DNA of 64,000 nt, from contig CAWFQK010000004.1 in NCBI GenBank assembly GCA_963817955.1, forward strand, positions 1,472,001 to 1,536,000, read 5' to 3'. The position numbers and the translations under genes were made by a program. Source of the DNA: an uncultured Gemmatimonadaceae bacterium (lineage in GTDB: Bacteria > Gemmatimonadota > Gemmatimonadetes > Gemmatimonadales > Gemmatimonadaceae). Below, in pieces: positions 49,118 to 59,332 of the stretch; position 1 is the first letter of the stretch, and the number at the start of each line of letters is the position of its first letter. Under the pieces are notes generated by a model, which saw only the letters and a list, made by a program, of their open reading frames with translations, did no database searches and was not told the DNA's origin.

Positions 49118-50422
49118 ATGCAAAACGCCGTCTTCAACATCGTTTCGTTCGAAGGTACAGATCCGTACTCACAGGCCGGCGGGCTCGGCGTTCGTGTCTC
49201 CGGGTTGGCCCGAACGCTCGCCGAGCTCCACCACGAGACGCACTTGTTCTTCATCGGCGACCCACGCCGGCCCGGGGAAGAACGCGGGATGGACGGCTAC
49301 TTGACGCTGCACCGTTGGGGCCAATGGATCAGCGCCAACTGCCCGCGCGGCGTCTACGACGGCGAAGAAGCAAAAGTGTCCGACATCACGCGATCCTTGC
49401 CGCCGTACATAATTGACCGCGTGATTCGGCCGGCGTTGGCCGCGGGACGGATTCCCGTTGTGCTGCTCGAGGAATGGCAGACGGCCGCGTGCGCGTGTGC
49501 CCTGTCCGATCTCCTGGCGGCAGAAGGAGTGCGCGACCGTGTCGTGCTCTTCTGGACGGCGAACAATTCGTACGGCTTTCATCGGATCGACTGGCCTCGT
49601 CTGGCAAGCTGCACCACCATCGCGACGATCAGCCGGTACATGCGGAGCATCATCCGCTCGAATGGCGTCGATGCACAGGTGATTCCCAACGGGATTCCAG
49701 CCGAGCTGCTGCAGCCAATGCCGCGTGGTGCGGCCGGATCGGTGCGCAGTCTGCTCGCCCAGCGGCCGCCGGTAACGTTGTTCTTCAAGATGGCGCGTTG
49801 GGAGCGCGAGAAGGGATGGTCGCAGGCACTCGGCGCGGTTGCCGCCATGCGCGATGACGGTCGGCAGCCGTTGCTCGTGGCGCGCAGCGGCGGTCCCTCC
49901 TCGGGCAGCGGGGGCATTCTCGAGGAAGCCATGGCGCGCGGTCTCCGGATCGCCGAAGTCGTGAATGAGAATGCTCTCATGGCTCAGCTCGTGGCGGCGC
50001 CGCGCGACGGCGTGGACGTCATCAACCTGCGTTTCGGCGTCAACACCCTGCTGGCGCGCCGGCTGTTTGCGGCGTCCGATGCCGTGCTCGCGAACTCGGT
50101 CTACGAACCGTTCGGACTCGTGGGCCTGGAGGCAATGGCGGCCGGCGGCGTGATCTATACCGGCGGCACGGGCGAGGATTACGCGGTCGATGGCCGGAAC
50201 GCCGTCGTCCTCGAGACGCTCGCGCCCGAGGAGATCGTGACACGATGGCAGCAGTTCGCGTCCGATCCGGCGCGCACGGCCAGAATGCGGCGCGCGGCAC
50301 GCCGCACCGCACGTGACTATAGTTGGCAGCGCATCGCCGCCGTGCTCCTGGAGCGAGTGGCGGCGCAGGCCGCGCGCCAAGGCGTGATGCGAGCACACAG
50401 GCAACGCATCGGCGTCGCCTGA
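49118..50422 (+). CDS. Glycosyltransferase family 4 protein
   Basis: SFEGTDPYSQAGGLG, VIPNGI, ARWEREKG, SVYEPFGLVGLEAMAAG. Confidence 0.9.
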   Translation: MQNAVFNIVSFEGTDPYSQAGGLGVRVSGLARTLAELHHETHLFFIGDPRRPGEERGMDGYLTLHRWGQWISANCPRGVYDGEEAKVSDITRSLPPYIIDRVIRPALAAGRIPVVLLEEWQTAACACALSDLLAAEGVRDRVVLFWTANNSYGFHRIDWPRLASCTTIATISRYMRSIIRSNGVDAQVIPNGIPAELLQPMPRGAAGSVRSLLAQRPPVTLFFKMARWEREKGWSQALGAVAAMRDDGRQPLLVARSGGPSSGSGGILEEAMARGLRIAEVVNENALMAQLVAAPRDGVDVINLRFGVNTLLARRLFAASDAVLANSVYEPFGLVGLEAMAAGGVIYTGGTGEDYAVDGRNAVVLETLAPEEIVTRWQQFASDPARTARMRRAARRTARDYSWQRIAAVLLERVAAQAARQGVMRAHRQRIGVA

Positions 50423-50497
50423 TCAGCCGACCGGATCCATCGCCCTCCCATCGGCACGCGACGTGCTGCGCTCCTCCGGACTCACACGGAGAGGCGC

Positions 50498-51547
50498 ATG
50501 GGCACATCATTCGAACGTGAAGTGGACGTATCTGTCGAGCACGGACGCGTCGATCGCGGCAGCGCATTTGCGCAGCGGCCGCCAGCAGCAACCGTAGAAC
50601 CGTATCAACGAATCGCGGATGCCGACCGCGCCACGCGCGGCGAGAATCTCGCGAGTTTCCTCGGCCTGTTCAGTCTCGGTCTCGGACTGGCCGAAGTCCT
50701 CGCGCCGAGCGGCATGACGAAGCTCATCGGCGTGACGGACGACGAGGAGACACGGCGGGCCTTGCGAGTCATGGGTCTACGCGGCATTGGATCCGGAGTC
50801 GCGATGCTCTCGCAACAGCAGCCGGACAAGGCCGCGTGGTCGCGAGTGGCCGGCGACGCGATCGATCTCGCCTTCCTCGGCAAGGCGTTGGCGAATCCGG
50901 AGAACGACCGCCGCCGTACGCTGTTCGCCACAGCCAACGTGCTCGCCGTCACGGCGCTCGACGTGATCTGCGCCAGGGCACTGTCGCAGCAGCCAGAGGC
51001 CGCGACTGACGGTGCCAGCCTGGGCCTCCTGCACACACACCGGAGCATCACCGTCAACAAGCCGGTGGAAGAGGTGTATGCGTTCTGGCATGACGTCCGG
51101 AATTTTCCGCGCTTCATGACGAACATCGACGCGGTGACAATCACCGGGGACCGTCGATCACACTGGCAAGCAACGGCGCCCACCGGCCAAACGATGGAGT
51201 GGGACGCGGAGTTGACGGACGATCGGCCCAACGAGCTCATCGCGTGGCGATCACTTGGCCACGCCGACGCCAACAATACGGGCACGGTGAGCTTCCGGCC
51301 CGCGCCTGGCAACCGCGGAACGGAAGTCCGCGTGGATATCGAGTACAAGCCGCCGTTTGGAACGATCGGGTCCAGGTTCGCCATGCTGTTCCGCAAGGAA
51401 CCCGGCCAACAGCTCGCCGACGACCTCCGCCATTTCAAGCAGATGATGGAGATTGGCGAGCTCGTCGTGTCTGACGCGGCCATGGTGCGCCATTCCCACG
51501 CGGCACGTCCGGACAACGCCGAAGTCGGCGGGAGGGCACAACCATGA
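50498..51547 (+). CDS. SRPBCC (cyclase/dehydrase-like) family protein with N-terminal membrane region
   Basis: SITVNKPVEEVYAFW..NFPRFM..RSHW..WDAELTDDRPNELIAWRS..FRPAPGNRGTEV. Confidence 0.9.
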   Translation: MGTSFEREVDVSVEHGRVDRGSAFAQRPPAATVEPYQRIADADRATRGENLASFLGLFSLGLGLAEVLAPSGMTKLIGVTDDEETRRALRVMGLRGIGSGVAMLSQQQPDKAAWSRVAGDAIDLAFLGKALANPENDRRRTLFATANVLAVTALDVICARALSQQPEAATDGASLGLLHTHRSITVNKPVEEVYAFWHDVRNFPRFMTNIDAVTITGDRRSHWQATAPTGQTMEWDAELTDDRPNELIAWRSLGHADANNTGTVSFRPAPGNRGTEVRVDIEYKPPFGTIGSRFAMLFRKEPGQQLADDLRHFKQMMEIGELVVSDAAMVRHSHAARPDNAEVGGRAQP

Positions 51548-52716
51548 AAGCCACGTGCTGGATGGGCCCGAAGAACTTGGAAGTCGTGAACGTGCCGGAT
51601 CCGAAAATCCTCAGCCAGAGCGATTGCATCGTTCGGGTCACGTCGACGGCGATCTGCGGCTCGGACCTGCATCTCTACAACGCGTTCATGCCGGGGCTCG
51701 AGCGGGGCGACATCCTCGGCCATGAGTTCATGGGCGAGGTCGTCGAGGTGGGTCGGACCGTCCGGAAACTGCATGTGGGCGACCGCGTGGTCGTGCCATT
51801 CCCGATTGCGTGCGGCCACTGCGCCGCATGCCTGGCGGGACTGACATCCATATGCGAGAATTCCAATCCGAACGCCTACATGACCGAAGAGCTGATGGGC
51901 GCGTCACCCGCCGGCATGTTCGGCTATACGCATCTGCTCGGCGGCTACGCCGGTGGCCAGGCTGAGCTCGCGCGGGTGCCCTTCGCCGACGTCGGACCCC
52001 TCAAAGTGCCGGACGGCCTCACCGACGACCAGGTGCTCTTTCTCTCGGACATCTTGCCGACGGGGTACATGGGCGCGGAGATGTGCAACATCAAGGGCGG
52101 CGACACGATCGCGGTATGGGGGTGCGGCCCCGTCGGCCTGTTCGCCATCGCCAGCGCGTATCTGCTCGGTGCCGAGCGCGTCATTGCCATCGACCGGTTC
52201 CCGTATCGATTGCAGATGGCGCGCGAGCAGCTCGGTGCCGTCACCATCAACTACGAAGAAATCGACAGCGTTCAGGACGTGCTCAAGGATCTCACCGCGG
52301 GCCGCGGACCGGACGCCTGCATCGATGCCGTCGGGATGGAGGGCCATTCGCACGGCCTGGCGTACATGCCGGACCGCGTCAAGCAGATGGTTCGCATGCA
52401 GTCCGATCGCCCGCTTGCGCTCCGCGAAGCAATTCTGTCGTGCGCGAACGGCGGGACCGTGTCGGTGATCGGCGTGTACGGCGGCGCGATCGACAAATTC
52501 CCGATGAACGCCCTGATGAACCGATCGCTCAGTATCCGCACGGGACAGTGCCACGTGCACCGGTACATGCAGCCACTCCTCGACCGAATCGAGAAGGGGG
52601 AGATCGACCCGACCTTCGTCATCACGCATCACATGAAGCTCGACGACGCGGCGCGCGGGTACGCCATTTTCAACGACAAGAAAGACAACTGCGAGAAGGT
52701 CGTCCTGCAGGCATGA
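51544..52716 (+). CDS. Zn-dependent alcohol dehydrogenase (formaldehyde dehydrogenase-like)
   Basis: ICGSDLH, GHEFMGEV, CGHCAAC..C, LSDILPTG, WGCGPVG. Confidence 0.92.
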   Translation: MKATCWMGPKNLEVVNVPDPKILSQSDCIVRVTSTAICGSDLHLYNAFMPGLERGDILGHEFMGEVVEVGRTVRKLHVGDRVVVPFPIACGHCAACLAGLTSICENSNPNAYMTEELMGASPAGMFGYTHLLGGYAGGQAELARVPFADVGPLKVPDGLTDDQVLFLSDILPTGYMGAEMCNIKGGDTIAVWGCGPVGLFAIASAYLLGAERVIAIDRFPYRLQMAREQLGAVTINYEEIDSVQDVLKDLTAGRGPDACIDAVGMEGHSHGLAYMPDRVKQMVRMQSDRPLALREAILSCANGGTVSVIGVYGGAIDKFPMNALMNRSLSIRTGQCHVHRYMQPLLDRIEKGEIDPTFVITHHMKLDDAARGYAIFNDKKDNCEKVVLQA

Positions 52717-52764
52717 ACACCGGGCGACTCGACGGCCATGTGGGGACCGCGTTAGTATCCCCAC

Positions 52765-53157
52765 ATGGCCATCCCATCCGTCGTCCGACGCCACCCGCTG
52801 GCGCTCTCGCTCTCCGCGGTGATTCTCCTCCCGATCATCGTCTTCACCCTCTGGGCGTTCGTCACCCTGCACTACACCTATTCGAGTGGCGACCGCGCCG
52901 GGTACCTGCTGAAGATCTCAAAGCGGGGATGGCTCTGCAAAACCTGGGAAGGCGAGTTGCAGACGACGGCAATCCCCGGTGCGGCGCCGGAGAAGTTCAT
53001 CTTCACCACGCGCGACGATCAGGTGGCCGCGGAGCTCAACCGATTGATCGGCCAGCAGGTGGTGCTGAACTACGCGCAGCACAAGGGCGTGCCCAGCACC
53101 TGTTTCGGCGACACAGAGTATTTCATTACTGCCGCCCGTGTAGTCCCAAGCCGGTAA
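52765..53157 (+). CDS. Conserved membrane-anchored hypothetical protein
   Basis: TM helix then YSSGDRAGYLLKISKRGWLCKTWEGEL...CFGDTEYF. Confidence 0.75.
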   Translation: MAIPSVVRRHPLALSLSAVILLPIIVFTLWAFVTLHYTYSSGDRAGYLLKISKRGWLCKTWEGELQTTAIPGAAPEKFIFTTRDDQVAAELNRLIGQQVVLNYAQHKGVPSTCFGDTEYFITAARVVPSR

Positions 53158-53164
53158 CGCGCCT

Positions 53165-54265
53165 TCAGCCGTGGTCGCCGTCGCGTAACTGCTCGAACCG
53201 CTCGTTCACGCTGGCGGGGATCGTGAGGTTGTCGGCGATGCCGGCGATCTCCTCCGCGTCGCGCCACGCCGCCTCGAGTTGCGCCAGCTCGCCCTGCATC
53301 GCGGCGCGCTCGGTCTCCTCATGAAGCGCCATTTCCAGGGCCAAGCGCTGCACCGAATTCAGCGCGAACAGGCCGGTGGTCCAGTCATGGTTCTGGAACC
53401 CGGTCCTGCGGCCGATTTGGACTCCTCCCCACCCCAGGAACCCGACCCCCGACATGCCACGTGACCGCTTTTCGCGCGGTCTGGTCGTGACCGCCGCGAC
53501 GTGCGAGAGTCGCTCGAGGTAGGCCTCCGGGCTGCCTGCTTGTTCGATCGCGCCGACCGCGCTCGCGATGTCCTGCTTCGACCCGCCAAAACGATTTGCG
53601 GCCGGTATGACGCGCGACGCGACGTACAGCGCCTGCGGTCCTTCGAACAGCGCACTGCCGTTCTTGTATCGAAGGCGAATGGCTAGCGGGGCACCGGCGG
53701 CGGATTCGATGGACGTTTCCAGGAGATGCCGGCGACGAACGGCGAGCATCTCACCATTCGGACTCTTGATTGTGGCGACCACGGATTCTGGACTGCCGCG
53801 GATGATGCTCTTGCCGGCACGCTTAATGAGCCAGGCAATGCTGCCGATTCCCACGCCCGCCGTCGCCCCGCCAATGAGCACGGCGCCGAGCGCGCCGAGG
53901 CCGGCACCGGCAATGAGTATCTGCCGCTTGCGGCGACGACCAAACTGGTCGCCGTAGCGCCATGCAGCGAATTCCGGCCGCATGGGCTCGCCAATGCGGA
54001 CGATCGTCGTTCCGTCGCGCAGCTTGGCGAGCCCGATGTTATCGGTGGCAACGCGCCGCCTGGTGTCGCGGTACAGGCGCTCCGCATGCTCAATGGCTTC
54101 CCAGCGTTCGTCGAGCGGCGAGAGGTTCCATCGCTCGCAATGCGGGCACACGACCCACAACCGGCCCTTCGCGGCATCGAACGCCAAGCGCCGTCCCACC
54201 GAAAACGTCTCGAAGGTCTCGTTCCGGCCAAGATCCTTGTTGCAGAACAGACAACGGGAATACAT
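53165..54265 (-). CDS. Hypothetical protein with N-terminal Zn-ribbon and central hydrophobic hairpin
   Basis: CLFC...CPHC; hydrophobic Gly-rich segment; C-terminal coiled coil. Confidence 0.75.
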   Translation of the reverse strand: MYSRCLFCNKDLGRNETFETFSVGRRLAFDAAKGRLWVVCPHCERWNLSPLDERWEAIEHAERLYRDTRRRVATDNIGLAKLRDGTTIVRIGEPMRPEFAAWRYGDQFGRRRKRQILIAGAGLGALGAVLIGGATAGVGIGSIAWLIKRAGKSIIRGSPESVVATIKSPNGEMLAVRRRHLLETSIESAAGAPLAIRLRYKNGSALFEGPQALYVASRVIPAANRFGGSKQDIASAVGAIEQAGSPEAYLERLSHVAAVTTRPREKRSRGMSGVGFLGWGGVQIGRRTGFQNHDWTTGLFALNSVQRLALEMALHEETERAAMQGELAQLEAAWRDAEEIAGIADNLTIPASVNERFEQLRDGDHG

Positions 54266-54336
54266 CAGCGCTCGAACGGGTCAGGGTGCGTCCATTCGAA
54301 GCTAGCGAGTGTTCATCCCGAAACACCGTAGTTGCG

Positions 54337-54372
54337 AGAAGCCGCCCCGGAGCGCAATCCGAGGCGGCTTCT
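54337..54372 (-). terminator. Stem-loop downstream of the TonB-dependent receptor
   Basis: AGAAGCCGCCCCGGA-gcgcaa-TCCGAGGCGGCTTCT; weak U-tract. Confidence 0.6.
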
Positions 54373-54462
54373 GAAAGACATTATCGGGCGCGGGCCGCCC
54401 TGTCGGCGATTGGCGAGTCTTTCCCTCGCACGATTCCTCCGGAGTCGCCCGATCGCACCAGC

Positions 54463-56817
54463 TCACATGATCGCCACCGACACGTTCGCGCTCACGTAGT
54501 ACCGCGCCTTGTACGTGCCGGGAAGAATGTATCCATCACCCGTCCCGCCATCGGGCCCTTGCGCCAGGCCTTTGTAGTTCGGCCCGACGAACAAGAAGGT
54601 GTAGTACGTCGCGTTCGTGAGATTGTCGCCGCCGGCCGCGAGATCGAGACGATAGCGGCGGTCGACGGTCGTGCGATAGCCGAGCTTCGCGCTCAACAGG
54701 CTGTAGGAGTGCATGAAGGTCGAATTGTCGAATGTCACGGGCACGCGACCGACGAACTGATACGTACTCGCGAGATACAGCCCGGCACTCGTCGACGCGT
54801 CGATGCCCGCCGCCGTTATGGTGCGCGGCACACGCGCCGCCTGGTTGCCCGAGAAGTCCACCGTCGCCGCGGTGTTGTTGTTGTCACTCTTGAACACCAC
54901 GTACTTGGCGTCGGTGTACGTGTACGACAGCCACGGTCGCACGAGCGAAATCATGCTCGTGGGGCTCGAGACCAACGCGTAACTCGCTGAAACCTCGGCG
55001 CCCTTGTTCCGCTGCTCGCCGATGTTCGTCGTCGACGTGATCGTGGCGACCGTCTGCGTCGTCAACTTGTTCTTGTTGTCGAGATCGAACAGCGCGATCT
55101 GCCCGCTCAGGCGCTGATCGAGCGCGCTGCCCTGGACGCCAGCCTCGTACTGCACCGCCCGCTCGGGCTTGAGCCCGAAGTTGATCGAGTTGTCGCTCGC
55201 GATGACGTTCGCGAGGAGGGGCGGCGTATAGCCAGTGCTCGCCGACGCGTACACCGAGCCATGCGAGCCGAACCCCTTCTCGATCTGAATGCGCGGCGCG
55301 AGCACCGTCGGAAACGTCCGCGTCTGCGTCGCGGTCGTGTCGAAGAGCTGGCCGCTCTTGAGCATGTTGTGCACCGAGAACGTGTTGCGAATGAGATCGG
55401 CGCCGGCCGTGATGGTGACGCTCGCCGGCAGCGTGACATCCCACTCGGTGAACAGGTAGCTGTTGACCGCGTAGTTCTGCGTGGCACTCGGCCGCTCCGG
55501 GAACGGCGGCGCGGGGACGATGAACACTCCGTTGCTCGTCACCTGCGAGCGCTGCGTTTGCGCGCCGAGCCGCCCGGCCACATCGAATCCGCCAAGCTGG
55601 CCCGAATAGGCGAACGAAGTGCGCGCGCCGAGGTTGAACTGCGTGGCATCGGTGAACCCGTGCGCGAACGGCTGGTTGCTGAACCGGCCACTGCCGAACA
55701 CCGACGTCTGGTTCGTGAACCGGTCGCTGATGTGATAGGTGTCGGTCACGCCCGTGAAGAAACTGGTGAGCTGGATGTGTGAGTCGTTCGCCAGATAGTT
55801 CGCGTCACTGACCGGCCGCCGCGCATAGAAGTCGACGCTGTCGATCTCACCCGCGAGTTCTTCGTACGAGCGGTTGTAGGTGAAGAACGCGCCAATCGCC
55901 TGATCAGCGCCGACCGCAAAGTCACCATTTGCGCGAACGTAGTCCTTGCGCGAGTTGCTGTGCGGGCGGAACGAATTGTCGCGCTGGTTGCCGTAGTTGA
56001 CGATGAAATTCGACGTGGCACTGGCACGCTGAACGCTCGTGTTGCTGCGGAACAGCCCGTCGCCGCCGCCGAGTACTTCCTGGCGCACGCTCGTCTGGTT
56101 CGGCGTGGGGCGGGCCAGCGTGAAGTTCACGGTGCCGCCGATGGGACTTCCGTACATGCTCGACGCGGGCCCCTTGATAATGTCGGTGGTTCCGAGGCTC
56201 GAGTAGTCGACATCATCGAGCGTAGTCACGCCGCTCGCGTCGGTGATCGGGATGTGATTGAGGAAGACGGTGTAGCCCTGGCCGTTCGAGTTCGGGCTAT
56301 TGCCGCCCGTCGTTGGGTAGTAGCCGCGGATGGTGATGTGCGCGCCGCCGAACGGCGTACGCGATTGCATGAAGACGCCTGGCACCGTGTTGATCGCACT
56401 CTGGAGGTCGAGACCGTTAAAGCGATCGAGATCCGAGCGCGTGACTTTCGCGGTCGAGGGCGCGGGCGTTTGAGCGACGACTTGCAGGCCCGGCAGCTCG
56501 ACGGTCGATGGCGTGAGCGAAATGCGAAGCGGTGCGCCACCTGGCGGCACGGCGACGCTCAGCGGCACGTACCCAACGCGGCTCACGGTGAGCGTCGTGA
56601 TCGGCCGCGCGGAAGTGAGCGAGAACGTGCCGGAATCGGACGTCGTGGCCGCAAGCGCGCCCGCGGGGACGCGCACGATCGCGCCGGCGACGGGCGTCCC
56701 GGACTGTTGATCGACGACGGTGCCGCGCACGACGACTTGCGCGTGAAGCGAGAGCGGCGCCAGGGGAAGGAGGAGGAGGAGGAGGACGAACCAACGAAGG
56801 CGTCTCAGATGGGCCAT
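54463..56817 (-). CDS. TonB-dependent receptor
   Basis: Signal peptide; carboxypeptidase-like N-domain; plug (VPGV..ITIRG..IIKGPASSMYG); LKPERAVQYEAG; GGDNLTN. Confidence 0.92.
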   Translation of the reverse strand: MAHLRRLRWFVLLLLLLPLAPLSLHAQVVVRGTVVDQQSGTPVAGAIVRVPAGALAATTSDSGTFSLTSARPITTLTVSRVGYVPLSVAVPPGGAPLRISLTPSTVELPGLQVVAQTPAPSTAKVTRSDLDRFNGLDLQSAINTVPGVFMQSRTPFGGAHITIRGYYPTTGGNSPNSNGQGYTVFLNHIPITDASGVTTLDDVDYSSLGTTDIIKGPASSMYGSPIGGTVNFTLARPTPNQTSVRQEVLGGGDGLFRSNTSVQRASATSNFIVNYGNQRDNSFRPHSNSRKDYVRANGDFAVGADQAIGAFFTYNRSYEELAGEIDSVDFYARRPVSDANYLANDSHIQLTSFFTGVTDTYHISDRFTNQTSVFGSGRFSNQPFAHGFTDATQFNLGARTSFAYSGQLGGFDVAGRLGAQTQRSQVTSNGVFIVPAPPFPERPSATQNYAVNSYLFTEWDVTLPASVTITAGADLIRNTFSVHNMLKSGQLFDTTATQTRTFPTVLAPRIQIEKGFGSHGSVYASASTGYTPPLLANVIASDNSINFGLKPERAVQYEAGVQGSALDQRLSGQIALFDLDNKNKLTTQTVATITSTTNIGEQRNKGAEVSASYALVSSPTSMISLVRPWLSYTYTDAKYVVFKSDNNNTAATVDFSGNQAARVPRTITAAGIDASTSAGLYLASTYQFVGRVPVTFDNSTFMHSYSLLSAKLGYRTTVDRRYRLDLAAGGDNLTNATYYTFLFVGPNYKGLAQGPDGGTGDGYILPGTYKARYYVSANVSVAIM

Positions 56818-56853
56818 AAGGACGGAATCCTGCGGGAAGTGGGGCGCGACCGA

Positions 56854-56872
56854 ATCATGAATTTTTCATGAA
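56854..56872. promoter_or_regulatory. Candidate OmpR-family binding site
   Basis: Minus strand TTCATGA-AAAA-TTCATGA, a direct repeat with 11-bp period about 40 bp upstream of the receptor start. Confidence 0.5.
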
Positions 56873-56952
56873 CTAGGCGAAGCTACCGGACGGTAGCGGT
56901 GGCGGCAAGGGGCGCCAATGTTCGGGGACCGTTGCCCCGGCACGACCGCCGG

Positions 56953-58401
56953 CTACGCAATCGGCAGCGTCAGCCGAAACTCGGTGTGCCCGGCTCGCGA
57001 GTTGACCACCGTGAGCGATCCGCCGTGCGCCTCGGCGATGCGACGCGCGATCGCGAGCCCCAGGCCGACGCCGGTTCCTCGGGCGTCCGTCTGCTCCGGC
57101 TGCGTCGGGGCGTCGCCGGTGAGACGCACGAAACGGTCGAAGATGCGCTCGCGCTCTTCCTCGGGAATTCCCTGCCCGTGGTCGACGATGCCGACGTCGA
57201 CGAACGCATCTCGCCGGCGCATGCCAACTTCTACGACACCACCGTCGGGCGAGTGCTTGATCGCGTTGTCGAGCAGGTTGACCAGCAGCCGGCCGAGGAG
57301 ATCGGCGTCGCCATCCACCGGCGCTTCGACTGCTTCGTACACGTCGACGCGAACGCCGCGCGCATCCGCCAGCGGGCGAACCATGCGCATCGCGTCGTCC
57401 ACCAGCTCCTCGACGTAGACGCGCTCACGCCGTGTCGCGAGGTTCTCGGCGTCCACCCGCGCAAGGGCGAACAGATCGTCGACGATGCGGGTCAGGCGGC
57501 CGGCGGCGTCGCGGATCACCGTGAGCGATGCACGGTATTCGTCCTCGGTCCGATGATGCTGCGCGAGCGTGACGTCGGCCTCGGTGCGGAGAATCGCGGT
57601 CGGCGTGCGCAGCTCGTGCGAAGCATCGGTCATGAATCGCCGCTGCTGCGCGAACGAGTCATCGAGACGCGCGAGCAACTCATTCACGACGCGCGCGAGA
57701 CCGGCCAACTCCTCATCGCCGGAGACGGGGAGCCGCTCGCGCAGATTCGTCGAGGTGATCTCCGCCGCACGCTCCGCCATCGCGGAGACAGGCGCGAGAC
57801 TTCGCGTCGCCATGAAGTATCCGCCGCCGGCGGCCCCGACGACGAGCAACGGGATGACGATCGCCAGCGTGCCGCGAATGCGTCCGAGAATGTCGTCGAT
57901 GTCGGCAACCGAGTACGCGGCGGTCACCTCGAAGGCGTCGCCGGCGAGGGTCACCCGATGCGCGAGGACGCGAAAGGAGCCGCCATGGTCGCGAACGGTG
58001 ATGGCGCTCGTCGCATCCCCGCGCCGCTCGAGCGCGCGACCGATCCACGCGTCGAAGTTGCTTTGCGGGCTGGCGCCGGCCAGATCTTCGCCGGGCGGGA
58101 GCGGCGTCATCGCGACGAGGCGATGCGCGCTATCCAGCACGGCAATATGGAGGTCACGAAAGCGCACCTCCTCGACGGTGGTCCGAATGGCGCGATCGGG
58201 GCGCAGCGTGGCACGGCGCTCGGCGGCCAGCTCGCGCGAAAACGCCGTGAGCGCCTCGTCGATGAACTGGTCCGTGCGCTGCGAGAGCGTGCGCGCGAAC
58301 AGCGCGTAAAAGCCGAATGCAAGCGCGACGAGCGGGATGGAGAGCAGCGCCGTGTACCACGACGTGAGCCGCCAGCGGAGCGTCGATGGCCAGTGAAGCA
58401 C
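56953..58401 (-). CDS. HAMP sensor histidine kinase (CusS/CzcS-like architecture)
   Basis: LRWRLT-TM, HAMP, DASHELRTP, NLLDNAIKHS, GLGLAI. Confidence 0.92.
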   Translation of the reverse strand: MLHWPSTLRWRLTSWYTALLSIPLVALAFGFYALFARTLSQRTDQFIDEALTAFSRELAAERRATLRPDRAIRTTVEEVRFRDLHIAVLDSAHRLVAMTPLPPGEDLAGASPQSNFDAWIGRALERRGDATSAITVRDHGGSFRVLAHRVTLAGDAFEVTAAYSVADIDDILGRIRGTLAIVIPLLVVGAAGGGYFMATRSLAPVSAMAERAAEITSTNLRERLPVSGDEELAGLARVVNELLARLDDSFAQQRRFMTDASHELRTPTAILRTEADVTLAQHHRTEDEYRASLTVIRDAAGRLTRIVDDLFALARVDAENLATRRERVYVEELVDDAMRMVRPLADARGVRVDVYEAVEAPVDGDADLLGRLLVNLLDNAIKHSPDGGVVEVGMRRRDAFVDVGIVDHGQGIPEEERERIFDRFVRLTGDAPTQPEQTDARGTGVGLGLAIARRIAEAHGGSLTVVNSRAGHTEFRLTLPIA

Positions 58402-58410
58402 GAGCGCGAA

Positions 58411-59136
58411 CTACCGGCGGCCGCGCGCCGCGCGTTGGCGCGATGGACGGCCCGGCATTGGGGCCGGCGCCTCGAGCATGAAGCCCATTCCCCGCACCGT
58501 CCGAAACAGCGGTGGCGTGCGGTCGTCTTCATCGATCTTGCGGCGCAGGCGGCCCGCGTACACATCAATGATATTCGAGTACGAGTTCTGGGGATCGTCC
58601 CAGACATGCTGGAGCAGCTCGGCACGGCTGACCACGCGTCCGGCGTTGCGCGCGAGATAGACGAGCAACGCGAATTCCTTGGCGGTCAGCTCGATCTCGC
58701 GGCCACTTCGATGCGCCGCGCGCCGTGCCGTGTCGATCGTGAGATCGCCGACCGTGAGCGTCTCCGGCAATCCATCCAGGCGACGCCGGCTGAGTGCGCG
58801 GAGACGCGCCAACAACTCGCCAAAATCGAACGGCTTGGTGAGGTAATCGTCGGCACCCGCGTCGAGGCCAACGATGCGTTGCTCGACGCCGTCGAGCGCG
58901 GTCAGCATGAGAATCGGCACGCGGTTGCCGGCCGCGCGCACGGCGCGGCAAACGGCCAGCCCGTCGATGTCCGGCAGGCGGAGGTCGAGAATCATCACGT
59001 CGAACGTGCTCGACTTGGCGAGCACAATCGCCTGCTCGCCGTTGGCCGCCTGCTCGACCACATGTGAGGCTTCCCGTAGCCCGCGCGTCATGGACGTGCG
59101 GAGCTGCCGGTCGTCCTCGACAATCAGAATGCGCAT
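58411..59136 (-). CDS. OmpR-family response regulator
   Basis: MRILIVEDD, ILDLRLP, GADDYLTKPF, LTAKEFALL, RTVRGMG. Confidence 0.95.
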   Translation of the reverse strand: MRILIVEDDRQLRTSMTRGLREASHVVEQAANGEQAIVLAKSSTFDVMILDLRLPDIDGLAVCRAVRAAGNRVPILMLTALDGVEQRIVGLDAGADDYLTKPFDFGELLARLRALSRRRLDGLPETLTVGDLTIDTARRAAHRSGREIELTAKEFALLVYLARNAGRVVSRAELLQHVWDDPQNSYSNIIDVYAGRLRRKIDEDDRTPPLFRTVRGMGFMLEAPAPMPGRPSRQRAARGRR

Positions 59137-59332
59137 GGCGTAAGGATGGCGGGTCGGGATCGGCAGCGCTACCAAGTCCCCGCGAACGTCTCGAAGGACT
59201 TGGTGGACCCTCGGTGGACCCTGCAACATTGTAGTCGAAGTACTGGTCCCAATCCAACTCTGCCGCGAAGAAAGGGGGTTGGGGCCTTTCCGGTGGCGCG
59301 CGGGAACGGCTGTTGCGCTTGGCATGCGCGTC

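Noticed and set aside
56899..59067. 722-aa plus-strand ORF
   Set aside because: Antisense shadow of the kinase and regulator genes, common in high-GC DNA; no recognisable motifs.
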